Source of the DNA: an uncultured Bacilli bacterium
GTDB taxonomy: Bacteria; Bacillota_I; Bacilli_A; RF39; UBA660
Assembly (NCBI GenBank): GCA_944358455.1
Contig: CALVRE010000004.1
Location: 1-60,871, forward strand
Length of the DNA stretch: 60,871 bases
Direction: 5' to 3'
The position numbers and the translations under genes are program-made. Below are positions 49,824-58,971 of the stretch, one piece after another. The notes below the pieces were generated by a model, which saw nothing but the letters and a program-made list of their open reading frames with translations, made no database searches and had not been told where the DNA came from. Numbering within the stretch: the stretch's first letter is position 1; every line of letters starts with the position of its first letter.

Positions 49824-49945
49824 ATTACCACCTTTATAAATTATACCATACCCATTCTTTTATCACAACTAAAAAACTTTTATAAAATGTCACGCAAACT
49901 AAACGAACGCATATAATGAATTAGAAATGTAAGGAGTGTGTAAGT

Positions 49946-50290
49946 ATGAAAAAAGATCGCAATTGTGGCGCAACCCCATACCCTGTTTATCCAACTTATC
50001 CGGGAATGGGACCTGGTCCTGTTATAACAAGTGGTGCTATGCCAATGCAAGGTGGCTATATGGCACCTTATCCACAACCAATGCCAGCACCTATGCCAAT
50101 AGGTCAAACAAGCGGGTATAGTTATGGTGGAAGCAATGGAAATGATAATATACAAGAAAAAATGAATAGAATGGAACAACAAATTCAAAACTTAGATCGC
50201 AGAGTTAGTCGTCTTGAAAATATGGTCAACAATAAAACAACCGGTTTCGCCAACAATCAATATACAGATGCTAATTATCATGTAATGTAA
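49946..50290 (+). CDS. Pro/Met/Gly/Tyr-rich small protein with C-terminal coiled coil (spore-coat-like, speculative)
   Basis: AAGGAG SD 10 nt upstream of the ATG and a strong terminator downstream. The low-complexity N-terminus (PYPVYPTYPGMGPGP...PYPQPMPAPMP) is followed by a heptad-like MNRMEQQIQNLDRRVSRLENMV. Confidence 0.45.
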   Translation: MKKDRNCGATPYPVYPTYPGMGPGPVITSGAMPMQGGYMAPYPQPMPAPMPIGQTSGYSYGGSNGNDNIQEKMNRMEQQIQNLDRRVSRLENMVNNKTTGFANNQYTDANYHVM

Positions 50291-50316
50291 AAGGATCGAT
50301 TAAATCGATCCTTTTT
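50290..50316. terminator. Bidirectional hairpin terminator
   Basis: AAGGATCGAT / ATCGATCCTT 10-bp stem with 3-nt loop and a T-run. Confidence 0.7.
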
Positions 50317-50321
50317 ATCTT

Positions 50322-52197
50322 TTAGAAACGGCCACCGCCGCCACCTCCACCGAATGATCCACCACCACTAGAGAATCCACCACCAAATCCTCCTGATGAA
50401 GAATTATTACTTTGAGCAGCACTTCTCGTAGAAATAGCGGTGTTAACAGCACTATTCATACTCGTGTTAATCGTACGATTAAAGGCTGTTATCACATTAA
50501 AGTAATGAACATCTAAAATTAAATCCGTCGTCGTATAAGTAGACTGTGGCATTTCTTCAAATTTAATTTTCATCGTCTTCGCTACCTTATTCGCTAAACC
50601 AAAGACAGTCGCATATACTAAGTATTTTTCCCACAATGTCACTTGTGGCAAATCCTTTGTCTCAAAACTTCCAAAGTCATTGAGGAAGTTCTTCAATCCT
50701 TTCCATTTTGCATAATCATTATTTCCCTCTTTGGTACGTTTTGTAATCGTTGCAAAATAAATGAGAGATACAACACTAGCGCCAAGAACGACGATCGGTA
50801 AAAAGAGAATCTCCAATGTTACCATTGTAATAATCGATAAGATAATTCCCAAAACAGAATAAAGGGAAGACCATCCTTTGGCTTTCGAAGACGCTTCGAA
50901 AAAGTGATATTGATTCGCATCTTTTAATACTTGATTCTTCCATTTCTCATAATTTGTTAAGAAACTGTCATAATTTCTTTTAGCCGCTTTTTTTGATGGC
51001 ACTTAACGTCACACGATTATCAGAACCAATATTGCCAAATAACCATGCAATCAATGTCTGATCGCTTTCTTTTAAATCACGTTTAGCCGGCTCGTAAATC
51101 AATTCATAATCTTTCTTACCAAGTTTGTTAAACTTGACGACTTTATCAGCAATCAAATTGAGAATAGCAGCCGATAATTCGTTTGTATTGACTTGTTTAC
51201 GGAACAAATATCCCACAATTTCAGGACCATATGGTTTCGGAAAATCACGGAAATATTTCCCCATAAAATCACTTTTATATTCCTTGTCATATTTACAATA
51301 CATATAAAAGATTAAAGCCCCCAAGCCAACGAGCCAAACGCCATTCAATCCCATCAAACCATAATAAAGAATACGAGCCTTGAGACGCTCTCTATTGGCT
51401 TCCTCAGCACGAAGTCTTTCTACTTCTAAAATCGATGGTAACGCTTCCACATCCGTTGTTTTTGTAGAAGTAGGAACAACTTCTTTATTAAATACAAATC
51501 TGGTATCGATAGCAGTATAAGCATTTAAATCATCGACGGTAATTTTAATCGTTTCCTGATCGACAACTTCGATATTTCCATTTAATGGCCCATGTGCCCA
51601 AGCATATAGTCCATTTTGATTCCCTGGAATATGAATATAGATTTCCAAATGTTCGATGTATTCACTCAACTCATTTGAAAAGAAATTCCAGCCAATTTCA
51701 GCTACATCTTGATGAACAATCGCCATATTTTGAAGAGTATATTCAAAATAGAAAGCACGACTTTCTCCATTACTAGGCATAAAAGAACGAATCGTGACAC
51801 CATTTAAATTTTCATATAAATCATAATAACCAACGGCCGCATCTTCATTTTCCGTAAACAAAGTAGGTTCCTTCTGTAAAATATCAAAATGATATTCAGG
51901 ATAAAGAGGAATTTCACCAATTGCTTCGACAATGATTCCAGAACCATTATAGATATCACTACCTTCAAATGATTCTTGTGAGCCATTAAAGATCGGAGCA
52001 TTAGAATTGCGATAATCAATGATTCTTTCAAAACCATTAAATTCTCCGTTTAATACTACAACTTCTTTTACTTTGATATCACCATTTTCTTGTACCGTTG
52101 CATCGATAAAGAAATTTGTGATTCCCTCTTTTGCATCAATAGAGAATGGAAACCAAAATAAACTAAGTAACAATAATAATAAATATCTTTTTTTCAT
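50322..52197 (-). pseudogene. DUF2207 membrane protein interrupted by a frameshift in an A7 run
   Basis: Two overlapping ORFs (50980..52197 and 50322..51002) together give the full DUF2207 architecture: signal peptide, DUF2207 ectodomain, TMs, and a Gly-rich GGFGGGFSSGGGSFGGGGGGGRF tail. The frames switch at T7/A7 (50988-50994). Removing one A gives ...TLSAIKKAAKRNYDSF... Confidence 0.6.
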
Positions 52198-52235
52198 ATG
52201 ACACTCCTTAAAAAGAAAAGACTTCGTTTGAAGCC

Positions 52236-52799
52236 TTAAAATTTAACTTGTGGAACTTCTTTATCCGCTTCTGTCGCCTGAAAGAACTCTGCTGCTTTGA
52301 AGTTAAAAATAGAAGCTACAATACTAGATGGGAACATCTCTCGTTTATTGTTATATTGTAAAACAGTATCATTGTAAAATTGTCTTGCATAAGAAATTTT
52401 ATCTTCTGTTTCTTTTAATTGATTTTGTAAATCCATAAAGTTCGTATTTGCTTTCAATTCAGGATAAGCTTCTGAAATCGCAAGCAATCTTCCTAATGCT
52501 TGTGATAATTCTCCATTTGCCTCCATCTCTTCGTGAGGTGTTTTAGCATTTACCGCTTTACTACGAGCACTAATAACAGCGTCTAACGTTTCTTTTTCAT
52601 GACCTGCATATCCCTTTACAGTTTCTACTAAATTAGGAATCAAATCAGCCCTTCTCTTTAATAAGACATCAATCTGTGACCATTGATCCTTTACCATATT
52701 ACGAAGTTTTACTAAACTATTGTAAACTCCCGTAACCCAAACCAACAATAATATTACAATAACAGCGATTACAATCAACACGATTAACCATGGTTGCAT
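52236..52799 (-). CDS. lemA: LemA family protein
   Basis: N-terminal TM plus [10 protein letters not shown]...[33 protein letters not shown] and YPELKAN..F..LQ. Confidence 0.88.
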   Translation of the reverse strand: MQPWLIVLIVIAVIVILLLVWVTGVYNSLVKLRNMVKDQWSQIDVLLKRRADLIPNLVETVKGYAGHEKETLDAVISARSKAVNAKTPHEEMEANGELSQALGRLLAISEAYPELKANTNFMDLQNQLKETEDKISYARQFYNDTVLQYNNKREMFPSSIVASIFNFKAAEFFQATEADKEVPQVKF

Positions 52800-52911
52800 A
52801 TTTCTCTTCCTCCAATTCTATTATCATTATACATGAGTTCTAGAAAAAAAGAAACAAATTTGCATAAAATTTATAAAATATTATCAATATGAAAATAGAA
52901 AGGATGATCCT

Positions 52912-53136
52912 ATGAATATCGACATTAGAAAAAACATCATCGATAATTTCAAAGGTGCTAGCACCGATGAAATCAAAACGTCTATTACCTCTTCGATCGA
53001 AGAAAAAGAAGAAGTTACATTACCAGGCCTTGGCGTTTTCTTTGAACTATTATGGAAAAATAGCGATGAAAATGAGCAAGTGTTCATACTAAAAGCAATC
53101 AAAAAAGGACTTGAAACATCCACAACAAAAGACTGA
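52912..53136 (+). CDS. sspI: Small acid-soluble spore protein SspI
   Basis: MNIDIRKNIIDN..G.S.DEI...I...I...EE..LPGLGVFFELLW......E.....A...GL closely parallels B. subtilis SspI. Confidence 0.8.
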   Translation: MNIDIRKNIIDNFKGASTDEIKTSITSSIEEKEEVTLPGLGVFFELLWKNSDENEQVFILKAIKKGLETSTTKD

Positions 53137-53154
53137 ATCATGATTCAGTCTTTT
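53127..53154. terminator. Bidirectional terminator shared by convergent sspI and PFOR genes
   Basis: AAAAGACTGAAT / ATTCAGTCTTTT 12-bp stem with a 4-nt loop. It embeds both stop codons. Confidence 0.7.
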
Positions 53155-56100
53155 GTTTACTTTCTTCTTCTAAAGTTTGATAGTACTCAAATCTTGCCCT
53201 AGCATTTTCTTTTTGACTTGCTAATAATTCGTCTGCTTTTTCTGGATTGATTTCTTTTAACATCTTATATCTTGTTTGACTATTTAAAAAATTTTCATAT
53301 TGATCAAAATCAACTTTCTTACTATCAAGCGTAAATTGCTTCGTTTCTGGATGATAACGGAACGTTGGAAAATATCCACAATTAGTAGCCATCTTTTCAC
53401 TTTCTATCGAATTTTCCATACCACCTTTGATTCCATGTGAAATACATGGTGAGTAAGCAATAATGATCGATGGTCCATTATAGTTAGCCGCTTCTTGGAA
53501 TGCTTTAATCGTTTGCATTGGTGTTGCTCCCATACTCACTTGCGCAACATAAACATGTGGATACGCCATCGCAACACGTGCCAGATCTTTTTTTGCAACC
53601 TTTTTTCCACTACTCGTAAAAGCTGCAATACTACCTTTCGGACTAGCCTTACTAGATTGCCCTCCCGTATTAGAATATACTTCACTATTGAGAACTAATA
53701 TATTGACATTATCATTGCTAGCAAGGACATGGTCAATACCACCAAAACCAATATCATAAGCCCAGCCATCTCCACCAATTGTCCATATCGAACGAGCTAC
53801 GATATAATCTTTTAATCCTTGTAATTCTTCAGGAATAGTATCAAAGTCCAATGCTTCATAGATTTCTTTTGTTACCTCATAATTATTACAGTTTTCTAAC
53901 CAACGAGTAAATAACTCATGATTAGGATTATCCATATTCGCTTTCATAATAGAAGCAATACGATTACGAATGACATTGTTGGCAATCAACATTCCATATC
54001 CATATTCCGCATTATCTTCGAATAAAGAACTAGCCCATGGAACCATATATGGTGTGCTAGGTGCACTTGCCCCATAAATCGAAGAACATCCCGTCGCATT
54101 AGCAATTATCATTTCATCGCCAAATAATTGGGTCAAAAGTTTCAAATATGGCGTTTCTCCGCAACCTGCACATGCTCCATGAAACATAAATTTAGGTTCT
54201 CTAAACTGGGTTCCTTTGATCGTCGATAACAGATGTTTTTTCTTGTCTTTGATATGGGTACTAAGATACTCAAATATTTCTTGTTCCTGATTTTTTCTCT
54301 GTTCAATCAGCTCTTTACTAATCAATGCTTTCTTTCCCACTTTACCTGGGCAAGTTTTCATACAAAGTCCACATCCAGTACAATCTTCAACCGAAATTCC
54401 AATCACAAAATAGTAATCTTCCAAGTTCTTCTCGATCGGTTTTATCGCACGTCTTTGAATCATTTCCGGAGCCTTTTCATACTCCGCTTGCGATAATAAA
54501 TAAGGACGAATAACAGCATGAGGACATACGAAAGAACACTGTGTACATTGAATACAATTCTCACTGATCCAAGATGGAACAAGATCACTAATTCCTCGTT
54601 TTTCTAATCTTGATGTTCCCGGTTCAAATGTTCCATCTGGCATACTTAGAAAAGCACTAGTAGGAAGCATATCTCCCATGCGATGCGTCATCGCTGTAAA
54701 TACATCTTTTGTCTTTTCTTCTACTTCGACAATGCAAACATCAGTACCATCTAATCTCACTTCTTCTAAATAACTTGTTGCCTTATCGATTCCCTCTTTA
54801 TTTGCCTCATAAATCTCAGGTCCCTTTTTAAAGAAACGCTGTTTTGCATACTCTTTCATTTTCTCTTTGGCAAACTCATAATCAAGCATCGTCGTCAAAG
54901 ACATAATGGCACTTTCCATAATAGTACTAATCTTATTTTTGAGTCCTACTTTACGAGCTAGTTCATAAGCATTGATGATATATACCTTCACTTTTTTATC
55001 GATTAAAACATGACGATTCTGATCACTTAAACGATCTAGGAACTCTTCCTTGGTCATCGTCGTATTTAAAATAAAAATGCCATTTTCCTGAATATTCGAC
55101 AAACAATCAAAATCATCTAAATAACTATCTTTGGTTACCACTACCAATCTTGGGTTTTCCACATAATAAGTAGAACGAATCGGAGATTCACTAAAACGAA
55201 GATGTCCTACCGTCACTCCTCCTGATTTTTTCGAATCATATTGAAAATATCCTTGTACATAATGATCCGTATGATCCCCAATCAATTTTATGATCGATTT
55301 TTCGGCACTTACCATTCCATCACTACCATAACCATAGATCAAAAATTCTTCTGCACGACTAATTTTATAATTGGCATCGTAAGATAGACTTAAGTTCGTA
55401 ACATCATCATCGATACCAATCACAAAGCGATCACGTAATTCACCCTTTAACATATCATAAACAGCTTTTATCATAGCGGGCATTGTATTCTTACTAGAAA
55501 GACCATAACGACCACCTACTACGATCACATCTTTGTCACGTAAAGCACTTACAACATCTAAATAAAGAGGCTCTCCTTCACTACCAGGTTCTTTCGTACG
55601 ATCAAGAACTGCTACCCTCTCAACGGTATCTGGTAATACTTTGAGCAAATAATCCGTACTAAAAGGTCGATATAAATGCACCGTAATAAGTCCCACTTCA
55701 TATCCTTCTTGATTCAAGTGATCGATCGTTTCTTTGATCGTTTCCGTTACGGATCCCATCGCTACGATGATTTCTTTAGCTTGATTACTTCCATAATATT
55801 CAAACGGATGATATTCCCTTCCTGTCAAATCATAGATTTTTTGCATATATCCTTCTACGATATCTGGTATCTTATCGTAGAACCCGTTTCGCACTTCCGT
55901 TGCTTGAAAATAAATATCATCGTTTTCAGCCGTTCCTCTTGTAAAAGGATGCGTAATATTGAGAGCACGATTTCGAAAATGCTTTAGTGCCTTCTCGTCT
56001 AAAAAACTTCTAACATCTTCTTTTTCCAATATTTCAATTTTTTGTAACTCATGACTCGTTCTAAAACCATCAAAAAAATGCAAAAAAGGTAAACTACCTT

Positions 56101-56581
56101 TAATAGCAGATGCATGTGCTACAATGGCCAAATCAGCAGCCTCTTGAACCGAAGAACTAGCAAGCATACAAAAACCAGTCTGCCTTGTCGCATAAATATC
56201 TTGATGATCACCAAAAATCGATAAAGCATGAGTCGATAAACTGCGGGCTGCCACATGGAATACTACCGGTAATAATTCTCCAGCCATTTTATACATGTTT
56301 GGAATCATTAGTAGCAATCCTTGACTAGCCGTAAATGTCGTCGTTAAACATCCGGCCTGCAAAGAACCATGTACCATACCAGCCGCACCTGCTTCGCTTT
56401 GCATCTCCACTACTTTCGCCGAATCGCCAAACAAATTTTCTACCCCTGCATTACTCCATTCATCAACATGTTCTGCCATTGGACTAGAAGGAGTAATTGG
56501 ATAGATTCCTGCTACTTCCGTAAATAAATAAGCACTTCTACTACACGCTTCATTTCCATCTACTGTCACTATTTTCTTCAT
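53138..56581 (-). CDS. nifJ: Pyruvate:ferredoxin (flavodoxin) oxidoreductase, single-polypeptide type
   Basis: 1147 aa. Contains two ferredoxin-like CxxCxxCxxxCP motifs (CIQCTQCSFVCP, CTGCGLCMKTCP) and a TPP-binding GGDGWAYDIG motif. Confidence 0.92.
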   Translation of the reverse strand: MKKIVTVDGNEACSRSAYLFTEVAGIYPITPSSPMAEHVDEWSNAGVENLFGDSAKVVEMQSEAGAAGMVHGSLQAGCLTTTFTASQGLLLMIPNMYKMAGELLPVVFHVAARSLSTHALSIFGDHQDIYATRQTGFCMLASSSVQEAADLAIVAHASAIKGSLPFLHFFDGFRTSHELQKIEILEKEDVRSFLDEKALKHFRNRALNITHPFTRGTAENDDIYFQATEVRNGFYDKIPDIVEGYMQKIYDLTGREYHPFEYYGSNQAKEIIVAMGSVTETIKETIDHLNQEGYEVGLITVHLYRPFSTDYLLKVLPDTVERVAVLDRTKEPGSEGEPLYLDVVSALRDKDVIVVGGRYGLSSKNTMPAMIKAVYDMLKGELRDRFVIGIDDDVTNLSLSYDANYKISRAEEFLIYGYGSDGMVSAEKSIIKLIGDHTDHYVQGYFQYDSKKSGGVTVGHLRFSESPIRSTYYVENPRLVVVTKDSYLDDFDCLSNIQENGIFILNTTMTKEEFLDRLSDQNRHVLIDKKVKVYIINAYELARKVGLKNKISTIMESAIMSLTTMLDYEFAKEKMKEYAKQRFFKKGPEIYEANKEGIDKATSYLEEVRLDGTDVCIVEVEEKTKDVFTAMTHRMGDMLPTSAFLSMPDGTFEPGTSRLEKRGISDLVPSWISENCIQCTQCSFVCPHAVIRPYLLSQAEYEKAPEMIQRRAIKPIEKNLEDYYFVIGISVEDCTGCGLCMKTCPGKVGKKALISKELIEQRKNQEQEIFEYLSTHIKDKKKHLLSTIKGTQFREPKFMFHGACAGCGETPYLKLLTQLFGDEMIIANATGCSSIYGASAPSTPYMVPWASSLFEDNAEYGYGMLIANNVIRNRIASIMKANMDNPNHELFTRWLENCNNYEVTKEIYEALDFDTIPEELQGLKDYIVARSIWTIGGDGWAYDIGFGGIDHVLASNDNVNILVLNSEVYSNTGGQSSKASPKGSIAAFTSSGKKVAKKDLARVAMAYPHVYVAQVSMGATPMQTIKAFQEAANYNGPSIIIAYSPCISHGIKGGMENSIESEKMATNCGYFPTFRYHPETKQFTLDSKKVDFDQYENFLNSQTRYKMLKEINPEKADELLASQKENARARFEYYQTLEEESKQKTES

Positions 56582-56650
56582 ATGGTTCCTCCTTTATGTT
56601 CAATATTATTATATCATGTTTCCCTATATTTCAGCCTCATTATTTTTCAT

Positions 56651-56679
56651 AAAAGAAAAAAGAGAATCACTTCTCTTTT
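56651..56679 (-). terminator. Terminator downstream of sigH
   Basis: Minus strand reads AAAGAGAA-GTGA-TTCTCTTT followed by TTTCTTTT. Confidence 0.55.
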
Positions 56680-57292
56680 AATCCATCTTCCCTACAATAT
56701 CCTTTATTTTTAACTTGATACGTTGTAAAGCATTATCAATTACCTTTGGATCTCTATCTAAAATATCAGCGATTTCACGATAATTAAAATCATTGAGTTT
56801 TAATTCAAACACTTGTGACTCCAAATCGGTTAAAGCTTTTTGAACCTGTGAAATCAACTCTTTCTCTGTTTCCATATGAATCAATTGTTCTTCGGGATTA
56901 GCCTTCTTATCCTCCAAGAGAAATTCCAAAGCTTTCTCTTCATCATCACTCGTATATTCAAGTGAAATCGATTCATTTAAAATACGATGCTTTTGACGTT
57001 TCGTCGCCGTAATCGTACTAATCATCTTACGTTCGATACAAGTAACAGCATAAGTAAAAAATAATGTATCTTTTTCCCCATTAAAGGTCTGAATCGCTTG
57101 ATTGAGACCAACCAATCCCTCCTGTACCAAATCATTGAGTTCTAATCCTGTATTTTTACCATAAGAAAACAAATGTTTTGCTTTCTTATAAATCAATGGC
57201 TCATATTTCTTATAAAGAATATCGATTGCATCTTCGTTATTTTCTGCCGCATATGACAATAGTTCATTATCATCATATTCTTTATAATTCAT
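56678..57292 (-). CDS. sigH: RNA polymerase sigma factor SigH (sporulation/transition state)
   Basis: Sigma-70 region 2 (LYKKYEPLIYKKA...DLVQEGLVGL) and region 4 (FNYREIADIL......IDNALQRIK). Conserved mrnC-rlmB-sigH synteny. ATG at 57292 follows AGGGGG. Confidence 0.8.
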   Translation of the reverse strand: MNYKEYDDNELLSYAAENNEDAIDILYKKYEPLIYKKAKHLFSYGKNTGLELNDLVQEGLVGLNQAIQTFNGEKDTLFFTYAVTCIERKMISTITATKRQKHRILNESISLEYTSDDEEKALEFLLEDKKANPEEQLIHMETEKELISQVQKALTDLESQVFELKLNDFNYREIADILDRDPKVIDNALQRIKLKIKDIVGKMD

Positions 57293-57302
57293 ATAATTCC
57301 CC

Positions 57303-57998
57303 CTATCTTCTGTTTTTAACTGCTTCAAAAATCACGATACCAGCAGCAACACTAGCATTCAAACTATTGATTTTCCCCTTCATGGGAATCGATGCAATAA
57401 AATCACAATTTTCTTCCACAAGACGGCTCATACCAGAACCTTCGTTTCCAATGATAATGGCAATTTTACCACGATAATCGATCTTATCGTAATCCGTTCC
57501 ATTCATATCGGTACCAACAATCCAAAAACCATTCTTCTTAAGTTCATCAAGCGTACGAACAAGATTCGTAACACGAGCAATTTTCATACTACTGATCGCA
57601 CCAACACTGACACGACTAACCGTTCCATTTACCTCAACACTACGATCTTTTGGAATAATAATACCATCGACTCCAGCTGCTTCACAAGTACGAATAATCG
57701 CTCCAAAATTATGTGGATCTTCTAAATGATCCAAAATAACAAGTAATGGATTTTCAGTTGTAAATAAATCCTCTAGTTCCGCATATTCATAATCTGGCAC
57801 TTCTAAAATAATACCTTGATGGTTTCCTCCTACCATACGATCTAACATGTTTTTATCCACTATCTTAGTAGACAAATGATTTTGTTCGATCAGAAACAAT
57901 AATTCCTCATCATGAAAATTTTGATTCAAATATACTTTTTTTACTCTTTCTTTCTTTTTCAACGCTTCTAACGCTACATTTTTACCATAAATATACAT
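57303..57998 (-). CDS. rlmB: 23S rRNA (guanosine-2-prime-O)-methyltransferase RlmB (SpoU/TrmH family)
   Basis: SpoU substrate-binding N-terminal domain plus DPHNFGAIIRT, IIGNEGSGMS and SLNASVAAGI motifs. Confidence 0.85.
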   Translation of the reverse strand: MYIYGKNVALEALKKKERVKKVYLNQNFHDEELLFLIEQNHLSTKIVDKNMLDRMVGGNHQGIILEVPDYEYAELEDLFTTENPLLVILDHLEDPHNFGAIIRTCEAAGVDGIIIPKDRSVEVNGTVSRVSVGAISSMKIARVTNLVRTLDELKKNGFWIVGTDMNGTDYDKIDYRGKIAIIIGNEGSGMSRLVEENCDFIASIPMKGKINSLNASVAAGIVIFEAVKNRR

Positions 57999-58001
57999 AT
58001 A

Positions 58002-58376
58002 TTATTCTCCTAATAATTCATTCATAATTTGTGTTATTCTTTCGAAATTTTCCTTGATATATAAATAACCAATCAATGCCTCTAATCCCGTCGCATATTT
58101 GTAAGTAATAATATCCGTACTCTTAGGTCGATGAGCAACTTTATGATTACGTGCTCGATATACGATTTCCTCTTCTTCTGGTAATAAAAAATGATTTTCC
58201 AATAGTTTTGTTAAAAAGGAACATTGGCCCTTCGCACTGACATATTTCGTCGCTTCTTTTTGAAGATCATTTACTTTTGCGATTCCCTTTTGAATCAGAT
58301 ATTTACGAACATAAACTTCATAAATCGCATCCCCCATATAGGCAAATGTCAAGATTCCCATTGTATCTGTGTTCAT
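58002..58376 (-). CDS. mrnC: Mini-ribonuclease 3
   Basis: LTFAYMGDAIYEVYVR and YKYATGLEALIGYLY RNase III-like motifs. Start trimmed to ATG at 58376, downstream of the promoter below. Confidence 0.85.
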   Translation of the reverse strand: MNTDTMGILTFAYMGDAIYEVYVRKYLIQKGIAKVNDLQKEATKYVSAKGQCSFLTKLLENHFLLPEEEEIVYRARNHKVAHRPKSTDIITYKYATGLEALIGYLYIKENFERITQIMNELLGE

Positions 58377-58396
58377 ATTCCACCAACTTCTTTTCA

Positions 58397-58425
58397 ATTA
58401 TAACATTGGAAATAAAAAAAAACAA
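58397..58425 (-). promoter_or_regulatory. Extended -10 SigA-type promoter for mrnC-rlmB-sigH
   Basis: Minus strand reads TTGTTT (58425-58420), a 17-nt spacer ending in TGT, then TATAAT (58402-58397), about 20 nt before the mrnC ATG. Confidence 0.5.
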
Positions 58426-58783
58426 TATAAGAAAAAGTCCTAAAAACTAGAACTTGCTTTTGAACCATCAGTAAGGCGTCATCATCAATTTCAATCATAT
58501 TTGTTTTGAATTATAATATCAAATAGGGCTTAAAATTGGATAATGTGTGTGGCATTATCCATCATATAGTAATAATAGTTGTGTGTTGTAAAAAGGTTTT
58601 TTAGGGTTTTGTGAAAATAGATAGGTCACGATACTAACCTATATCGCTTTCTATTTGTTGTTATAATTCATAAAATAAAACTTGAAACAAATTCTTATTT
58701 ATGGCTTGTGAGAGTACTAACACTTTCATCAATCCTTGCATACTGTTACCAACTATAACTGGACTTATTCTCATTTTAGGGAC

Positions 58784-58831
58784 AAAAAAAGCATTTGAAT
58801 TTAGATATAGTGCATCTACAGATTCAAATGC
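58784..58831 (-). terminator. Terminator-like long hairpin in the rbgA-mrnC spacer
   Basis: Minus strand has a GCATTTGAAT ... ATTCAAATGC 10-bp stem with an inner TAGAT/ATCTA helix, followed by T7. It lies about 140 nt downstream of the rbgA stop. Confidence 0.55.
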
Positions 58832-58971
58832 AGCTGACTACCATAGTAAATACCTTAGGTTCTAAAGCTTTGCGTCATCTTCTTTCGAAAACTTTGCCAA
58901 TAACAATATGCATATATAATATATCATAATTGCCTTTTGGTGGCAAGTAATTTACATAAAAATTTAAGCAA

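Noticed and set aside
47227-57477. Other shadow ORFs: 47227..47454, 47710..47892, 48249..48545, 49034..49333, 49578..49763, 49880..50188, 49936..50121, 51125..51307, 51585..51776, 51804..52037, 52019..52201, 52884..53141, 53495..53698, 54233..54496, 54325..54513, 55676..55987, 57178..57477
   Set aside because: Each overlaps a stronger call (ytxH/DUF948, acidic protein, lipoprotein, trmB, P-rich protein, DUF2207, sspI, PFOR, sigH/rlmB) on the opposite strand or in another frame. None has an independent signal.
58691-58870. 52-codon plus-strand ORF (MACESTNTFINPCILLPTITG...) in the rbgA-mrnC spacer
   Set aside because: No SD and no recognisable family. It runs through the complement of a minus-strand terminator hairpin.
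58426-58971. T-box leader or cysE/cysS remnant upstream of mrnC
   Set aside because: I could not find the conserved T-box sequence (AGGGTGGTACCGCG-like) or specifier-loop features on either strand. This remains only a synteny-based thought.
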